This document shows, piece by piece, positions 26,486 through 32,000 of a stretch of 32,000 nucleotides of DNA. Positions within the stretch are counted from its first letter, which is position 1, and each line of letters begins with the position of its first letter. This DNA is from an uncultured archaeon. GTDB taxonomy: Archaea > Asgardarchaeota > Thorarchaeia > Thorarchaeales > Thorarchaeaceae. Below the pieces are notes generated by a model. It did no database searches. It saw nothing but the letters and a program-made list of their open reading frames with translations, and was not told where the DNA came from. Made by a program: the position numbers and the translations under genes. The stretch is taken from the NCBI GenBank assembly GCA_964354495.1, contig CAYHAA010000002.1:150001-182000 (forward strand). The letters are read 5' to 3'.

Positions 26486-26773
26486 TCATTCGTCTTCTGG
26501 AGTAATGCCTGTCCCTCCGCAACGAGGGCAAGTTTCACCGCTGACACTCCCACTGCCCCTACAATAGTAGCAGTCCTTGCGTTGTACTTCCATGGACTTC
26601 CCGGCGCCTTTTGATACTGCGACTCCAATGGCAATCAGTACTATTCCTGCGAACATGCCAAATAATGAAGGAACGTAGTAAAGCTCAGATAATGGCAGCA
26701 AAATAAAGAGTGAAACTAGAAAGACCAATACACCAATAGAGCCGAGCCCGAAACCGATTTTCGATCGTTCCAT
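26486..26773 (-). CDS. Small membrane protein with two TMs and a minimal DnaJ-type zinc finger
   Basis: Two hydrophobic helices, then CYYCRGSG and CPRCGGTG (CxxCxGxG twice). Confidence 0.8.
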   Translation of the reverse strand: MERSKIGFGLGSIGVLVFLVSLFILLPLSELYYVPSLFGMFAGIVLIAIGVAVSKGAGKSMEVQRKDCYYCRGSGSVSGETCPRCGGTGITPEDE

Positions 26774-26959
26774 ACGAATACCCCATTCAGGTCAGTCATT
26801 TCGGACTGAGTCGAATCACACCTAGAGCGCACCCTCTCTCTCTCCCTCTAAATAGATTGTGGCATAACAAGATTCTTCATTTCTATTGGCGAAGAGTCCA
26901 ACCCTAAGAGATAATAGCAGAGAACGCACAAGATGCTCCAATGTGGGAGATAGGACAGG

Positions 26960-27877
26960 ATGTCGAGAACTGACCTCTTTTCAAGATATGCACAGCTATA
27001 CGCAAAGGCACAGGCAAGAGAGATTGTTCCTGCAGGATCATTTGTGAGGCAGCTGACAGATATTCCTCGAAAGCGGTATGACGTGGGATTATTCTTCAGA
27101 CCAACGCGGACTACCCGAACTGCTCAACTGTACTTGGGGAATCCCATTCCAAGTGAGATATGCGAACAGGAAGGTTTCTTGGAAACCGATGATGCGACCT
27201 ATCTAAGCAGAACCCTCCTCTCGAAGTTTCGGACTCTAGACTTCCTCAGGGTAGTGATCTCCGCTGGAGGAGTGTGTGAGAGTAAGCAGGAGCGTTTGGA
27301 TTTTCTAAAGACGGGGCAGCGCGTGATTGACGTGATATTGAGGAAACTGCGCAATGTCATGCATTTGGCTGAGTTTGCACCTTTTCGATTTGATAGATGC
27401 GTCAAAACGTTGAATGAATTCCTTGTAACAGATTTGAAGATGGATGACGTTTCTGTTGAGGCTGCTTCAATCCCGTTTGCTGTTGCAGGGCCTCAATACA
27501 TTCTCCTAGCTCAGAATGACTTAATCGTCGTTGACGATGAACCACGGGTCCCGCAAGGCGAATTCTTCCTTGTCGGAGGTTTAGGATATGCATTCGACAA
27601 GACCGAGGGTGCTGTGAGTGAAGCGCGTTTGTTCAGATCGACGACAGACCTAACAGCTCAGGGGATTGATGAGGCGTATATTGATAGAATGATCTCAAGA
27701 ATAACGGAGGACTTTCAGAATAGTATGCACTCCCTCATTTTCGCGGATGTTTGGAAGAAGGGCAGTGTGAAACCAGTAGGAGTCAACTTCGGTGGCGACC
27801 TTCTTGTGAAGGCAGAACCAAGCAGTGAAATATGGGCGGGTGTCTTTGAAGTATATGTGAAGTCACCTAAAGCATAA
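26960..27877 (+). CDS. Hypothetical soluble protein (305 aa)
   Basis: Long ORF with GGGAG/AGG upstream that fills the space between neighbours. No family recognised. Confidence 0.65.
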   Translation: MSRTDLFSRYAQLYAKAQAREIVPAGSFVRQLTDIPRKRYDVGLFFRPTRTTRTAQLYLGNPIPSEICEQEGFLETDDATYLSRTLLSKFRTLDFLRVVISAGGVCESKQERLDFLKTGQRVIDVILRKLRNVMHLAEFAPFRFDRCVKTLNEFLVTDLKMDDVSVEAASIPFAVAGPQYILLAQNDLIVVDDEPRVPQGEFFLVGGLGYAFDKTEGAVSEARLFRSTTDLTAQGIDEAYIDRMISRITEDFQNSMHSLIFADVWKKGSVKPVGVNFGGDLLVKAEPSSEIWAGVFEVYVKSPKA

Positions 27878-29456
27878 GGATATCAAACGCATCAATTGCC
27901 ATGAAGACTGCTCTGAGGGCATATATTCTGAATGTGTAGGATGCTTCTCCCTCTACTGTTTCATCAATCGCATTTCGCAAGATGGAAAGCGAATTGGGGC
28001 CAAAGGTATCCAGTAGCGATGCAAGACTGCCCAGAGTCAAGTAACGGACTCCATTTCCAGCAGCCAACGCAACATCATTGACAAGGACCTTGAGTGACCC
28101 ATAGATATTGTCTGGCCTTCCAGAAACGTCGGTAGCGTTGCCAACATTCCCTAGGCGCATGGACCAGTGAGAACCTAATCGTGCAATCGAACTTGAATAA
28201 GAATGAACAAGGTACTCGCCTATGTCGCCCTGCATCTCAAAAGAAAAACGTGAGCGTTCACAAAGAACTGTGTACTGGTCCCACATGTCCATTGTACTGA
28301 CAGTTAGACCACACAACCTCATAGTCAATGTATCACCATCCTGAATGTCATCAACTACGAAGGTCTCCACCAAGATGCCAGCCTCTATTCCGAAAGAGGT
28401 AATATCCTCATGCAACTGTATTGCCTCATACTCTACAGCATCTAGATTGACTGAGTACAGCGATGTCCTCATGAGCCCGCTGAACCCGATAAGATCAAGG
28501 CTTCGAGTCTCAAGCATCAGTGCCTGCCATTCCTGCCTCGAAAGAGTCATGTCAAAAACAACACGCAGAGGCATATTAGCAATGTTTGACAAAGTCACAT
28601 TCATCAGGTATGATAGTGATACTCTGTGGCGTCTGTAGATGTCCTCAATCAATTCAGTCGTGGCTAGTGCAGAGGGAGGATTCTCATCAAGCGCATCGCG
28701 ATCAGGGGTGAGTGTGATGGAGTATGGGATTTCAGTTTCGTTGATCTCCACCAACCAATCGCGTAATCTAGACCACGATAGCGTATCATTTTCGAGGACT
28801 CTAAAATCAAGATTGAACGAATTAGCAGAGATGTTCGAGAGCAGCTCCGCGGTCGGCACAACTTCTCGATATGGGTAATCGAAACTCGACAGAGGCATGC
28901 TTAGGGTGATCTGGGGAACTTGCTCCACACTTGATATGGCAATAGGATTCTGCCCCATCAATACAATGGATACTGGGAATGTCAGACCGAGCAAATTGAT
29001 TAGCAGGATGTATGCCAGTCCTTTCTTTCGTGCCTGTTTCAGGCTGCTTTTGGGGCGGAATCGGCCCAAGAGGAAAATGACAACTGCCGCGACGATATTG
29101 AGCAGTAAGCAAATCAGGAAACCTCTGATGAGACTAGACAATACACCGAAGAAGATCGAACATATTATTAAGAAAACAAAATTCCAAACAGCAATGCGTT
29201 CGCGATAATAGGCAATCGTCATCAGTGGGAGAAAAAACATCAAGGGAAGGATATAGAGAACGATCGGCAGCGAATCAACAGGCCCTACACCACTCAGGGT
29301 CATGCGCAATGTCACTGCTAACATCACATATAGAATAAGAATCACATTGATTGCCAAAACTACTGTGACCAAGAGATGCAGAAATCTATCGTATTTGCTG
29401 ACAGAGTTGATCTTTCTTCTGATGCCTCTGCGTGCCTCAAGAATCTTGCTCATCAT
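27867..29456 (-). CDS. Membrane protein: N-terminal multi-TM region plus large soluble C-terminal domain, function unknown
   Basis: About five hydrophobic helices, then about 350 aa of alternating beta/alpha sequence. ATG 29456/29453 preferred (the ORF track starts at 29507). Confidence 0.7.
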   Translation of the reverse strand: MMSKILEARRGIRRKINSVSKYDRFLHLLVTVVLAINVILILYVMLAVTLRMTLSGVGPVDSLPIVLYILPLMFFLPLMTIAYYRERIAVWNFVFLIICSIFFGVLSSLIRGFLICLLLNIVAAVVIFLLGRFRPKSSLKQARKKGLAYILLINLLGLTFPVSIVLMGQNPIAISSVEQVPQITLSMPLSSFDYPYREVVPTAELLSNISANSFNLDFRVLENDTLSWSRLRDWLVEINETEIPYSITLTPDRDALDENPPSALATTELIEDIYRRHRVSLSYLMNVTLSNIANMPLRVVFDMTLSRQEWQALMLETRSLDLIGFSGLMRTSLYSVNLDAVEYEAIQLHEDITSFGIEAGILVETFVVDDIQDGDTLTMRLCGLTVSTMDMWDQYTVLCERSRFSFEMQGDIGEYLVHSYSSSIARLGSHWSMRLGNVGNATDVSGRPDNIYGSLKVLVNDVALAAGNGVRYLTLGSLASLLDTFGPNSLSILRNAIDETVEGEASYTFRIYALRAVFMAIDAFDILML

Positions 29457-29574
29457 TGGTTCCCACAAAATCAGAACTCCCCAGATAAGGTTAGGGTAGG
29501 CAGACAAATGAGCGAAACACGTTCAACCGTTAAGATGAAGTGGATGTCAGAAATCCCATTACTGGTCATTCCTC

Positions 29575-30768
29575 ATGTTCGATGTAGCTGTCATTGGTGC
29601 AGGTCCAGCAGGATCTACAGCCTCGCGATACTTGGCAAAGCAAGGGCTGAAGGTTTGCATCATAGACAAAGATACATTTCCGAGGAGCAAACCATGTGGG
29701 GGTGGATTCGCACAAGCGCTCTTAGACGATTTCCCGTATGTAAAGAAGAGAGCCAATGAGTTTCTCAAGGGCATTGCTAGACTAGGCATCCTACATTCCC
29801 CGAATCGACATATTGCGCTATCTGGCAAAGTAGAAATGGCATTGACATTGAGAACCGATTTTGATAATGTGCTTTTTGAAAGTGCTCTGGAGCAGGGTGC
29901 AGTTCCTTACGTCGGTTCGCGGGCAAAGCACATTACAATCAATTCAGGTTCTTCACAGGTCGAGCTCGCCGATGGCAACTCCATTAAGGCATGTATGATT
30001 GTTGGAGCCGATGGAGTCTCCAGTATGGTCGCACGTGAATCAGGTCTTCTGCGTAGGTGGCCCAAGAGCAAAATAACTGCTTGTCGTGTTGCAGAAGTAC
30101 CAGCTAGGCAGGATGAGATCATTGATAGATATACAGAAGACCTGCACTACCATTTCTTCGCCAGCTTTGGCGGACTACCCGGATATGGATGGATTTTTCC
30201 GAAACATGAAACGATCAATATAGGTCTAGGAATCGTCGGCGTTCATGCACGAGGACTGCCGAGAGTATTCGAAGCATTTGTTCGGTATCTAAAGAGCGAG
30301 AATCTTCTCATGGAAAATGCAGACCTCTCGTCAGTCAGGGGAGCTCTTGTTCCAACAGGGGGACCTGCGAAAGAAACAATCAGCCGCGGCTGCCTCATTG
30401 CTGGAGATGCGGCCGGTATGGTAGACCCTCTGACTGGAGGAGGAATTGCGTACGCCATGAGAGCTGGTCGTCATGCATCGAAAGCCATTGCTACTGCTTT
30501 CGAGAATGGGCTGGAGCATGAAACTCTCGTGCAGTACGAGCAGTCATGGAAAAACGATTTTGGAAAGTACTTCAAGGATCATTTGCTCGCACAGAAGGTC
30601 ATCACGAGTCCCTTTACAGACCTGTTTTTTGAGATAGGTCGACGTGATGAGCTTATTCAAAAGATGGTGTCCGAGTCCATGGATAATTCGTCTGAAAGCA
30701 GAATCGATACAAGAGACTTGGCATTGCGAATCCTACTTGTCTGTCTACGCGGAGCTCTAAGGATTTAG
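29575..30768 (+). CDS. Geranylgeranyl reductase family FAD-dependent oxidoreductase
   Basis: DVAVIGAGPAGS, DKDTFPRSKPCGGG, VGADGVSSMVAR, PGYGWIFPK and IAGDAAGMVDPLTGGGI. Confidence 0.92.
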   Translation: MFDVAVIGAGPAGSTASRYLAKQGLKVCIIDKDTFPRSKPCGGGFAQALLDDFPYVKKRANEFLKGIARLGILHSPNRHIALSGKVEMALTLRTDFDNVLFESALEQGAVPYVGSRAKHITINSGSSQVELADGNSIKACMIVGADGVSSMVARESGLLRRWPKSKITACRVAEVPARQDEIIDRYTEDLHYHFFASFGGLPGYGWIFPKHETINIGLGIVGVHARGLPRVFEAFVRYLKSENLLMENADLSSVRGALVPTGGPAKETISRGCLIAGDAAGMVDPLTGGGIAYAMRAGRHASKAIATAFENGLEHETLVQYEQSWKNDFGKYFKDHLLAQKVITSPFTDLFFEIGRRDELIQKMVSESMDNSSESRIDTRDLALRILLVCLRGALRI

Positions 30769-30866
30769 GAGGATAGCCATGGTCGAAAACCCATCAGAAG
30801 GGATAAATGATGGTACTCGCCTGTAATCGTATTCCGTTCTCAATGTGCGAGAGAGGCGACTAAGCT

Positions 30867-32000
30867 TTGGAAAGACCATGGTACAAGAATTATGTTGAAG
30901 GTACTCCCAGAGAGATTAAGATTCCAGAAGGACCGCTTTGGAAAGGTCTTGATGATGCTGTCAAGAATTATCCTGATAACATCGCGCTCTTTTTCGAAGG
31001 AGTCAAAATCACATATCGCGAACTCGGAGAGCTCGTAAACAAAGCAGCAAATGGCTTCGCGAAGTTGGGAGTGACGAAGGGGGACTCTGTGGCAATCATG
31101 CTCATCAACTGTCCCCAATTTGTAATATCATACTTTGGCGCACTGAAGTGTGGAGCAATAGTCACGCCAGTCAACCCCTTGGCTGTGCCCAAGGAGTTGA
31201 GAATCTACTTGCAGGATACAAAGGCCAAGGTTATTGTCGTTCTCAATTTCTTCTACGGAGTCGTTGAGGCTGTACGTGCAGAGTCGAGCCTTGAGAAGGT
31301 CATAGTCGCTGCTGGTTGGGATATGATGTCCAAGATCAAACAAATTCTGGCACCCAAGACAGTCTACAAGAAAGAGATGAAGCATGTTCCTCCGCTTCGC
31401 GAAGGTGACATTCTCTGGAATGATTTCATCGCTAGTGCAGTCCCAGAACCGCCAGCAGTCAAAATAGATCCAGCTAACGATATCGCAGTCTATCAGTTCA
31501 CGGGTGGAACAACAGGAATCCCGAAGGCTGCCATGCTTACCCACAACAATCTCAAGGCAAATTGCGAGCAGTGCGGTGCATGGATGGAGTGGCTGGCTGA
31601 GCGTGGGAAGGAATCCTTTTTCGCTGCACTGCCACTTCAACATATTTTCGGGCAGACAATCTCCATGAACTTGGCAATAGCTTGGGGAAGTACAATGATC
31701 TTGGTGCCAAATGCCAGAGATATCAAACACCTGCTAGAACTCATACACAAACAGCGACCCACATTCTTCCCGATAGTATCGACTCTGGCGATAGCTATTT
31801 ACAGTCATCCTGAAGCCAAGAAATATGATTTGACTTCACTGAAACTCTCAATCGCCGGTGCGATGGCATTGCCGCCAGAGGTGACTCGAAGATTCGAAGA
31901 AGTCACAGACTCAATGATTATCGAAGGATACGGTCTCAGTGAGGCTAGCCCTGTCACTCATGCCAATCCGCTTGATAAGAAGTCAAGGAGAATTGGCTCA
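30867..32000 (+). CDS. fadD: Long-chain fatty-acid--CoA ligase (AMP-binding), 3' truncated by window edge; not in ORF track
   Basis: TTG 30867 follows an in-frame TAA and has GAGAGG upstream. It reads MERPWYKNYVEG...GVTKGDSVAIMLINCPQF...YQFTGGTTGIPKAAMLTHNN...LPLQHIFG...IEGYGLSEASPVTH and is open to the end of the window. Confidence 0.93.
   Translation, partial: MERPWYKNYVEGTPREIKIPEGPLWKGLDDAVKNYPDNIALFFEGVKITYRELGELVNKAANGFAKLGVTKGDSVAIMLINCPQFVISYFGALKCGAIVTPVNPLAVPKELRIYLQDTKAKVIVVLNFFYGVVEAVRAESSLEKVIVAAGWDMMSKIKQILAPKTVYKKEMKHVPPLREGDILWNDFIASAVPEPPAVKIDPANDIAVYQFTGGTTGIPKAAMLTHNNLKANCEQCGAWMEWLAERGKESFFAALPLQHIFGQTISMNLAIAWGSTMILVPNARDIKHLLELIHKQRPTFFPIVSTLAIAIYSHPEAKKYDLTSLKLSIAGAMALPPEVTRRFEEVTDSMIIEGYGLSEASPVTHANPLDKKSRRIGS

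Noticed and set aside
26832-26849. CT-rich microsatellite-like run
   Set aside because: It is too short and imperfect. It is most likely a purine-rich leader/RBS tract for the minus-strand gene.
1-32000. The many 60-220 aa alternative-frame and antisense ORFs in the track (e.g. 1705..2316, 21118..21774, 31128..31730)
   Set aside because: They lie within or opposite well-supported genes and show no recognisable motifs.
1-32000. CRISPR arrays, tRNA/rRNA genes, transposases, integrases
   Set aside because: No regularly spaced repeats, cloverleaf or rRNA signatures, or DDE/tyrosine/serine recombinase motifs were seen.

Overview
A gene-dense, roughly 45-50% GC window of archaeal chromosome. I infer an Asgard archaeon (Thorarchaeia-like) from three longin/uDENN-fold proteins, a roadblock-like domain, tungsten AOR, an F420-binding FrhB-family protein, a geranylgeranyl reductase, GGTGA/GAGG ribosome-binding sites and TATA-like boxes. 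About 24 CDS can be supported. Three are missing from the ORF track: a 38-aa single-TM protein, a 49-aa protein upstream of AOR, and a right-edge-truncated acyl-CoA ligase. The first ORF also extends off the left edge. I see no rRNA, tRNA, CRISPR array, transposase or integrase. The most interesting region is 14.9-20.7 kb. It holds two paralogous longin + tandem winged-helix genes with an NPRL2/NPRL3 (GATOR1)-like architecture, followed by an overlapping atypical MinD-family NTPase. Beside them lie a uDENN-like/Zn-ribbon gene and an MFS transporter fused to a RadA-N-terminal-like HhH domain. Other leads are a GH133 debranching-enzyme homolog with systematically substituted catalytic motifs, an RPH-type dikinase / beta-barrel / degenerate His-phosphatase cassette, and a near-identical 19-nt motif shared by two intergenic regions. 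All family calls come from motif reading and recalled family consensus; no searches were run.
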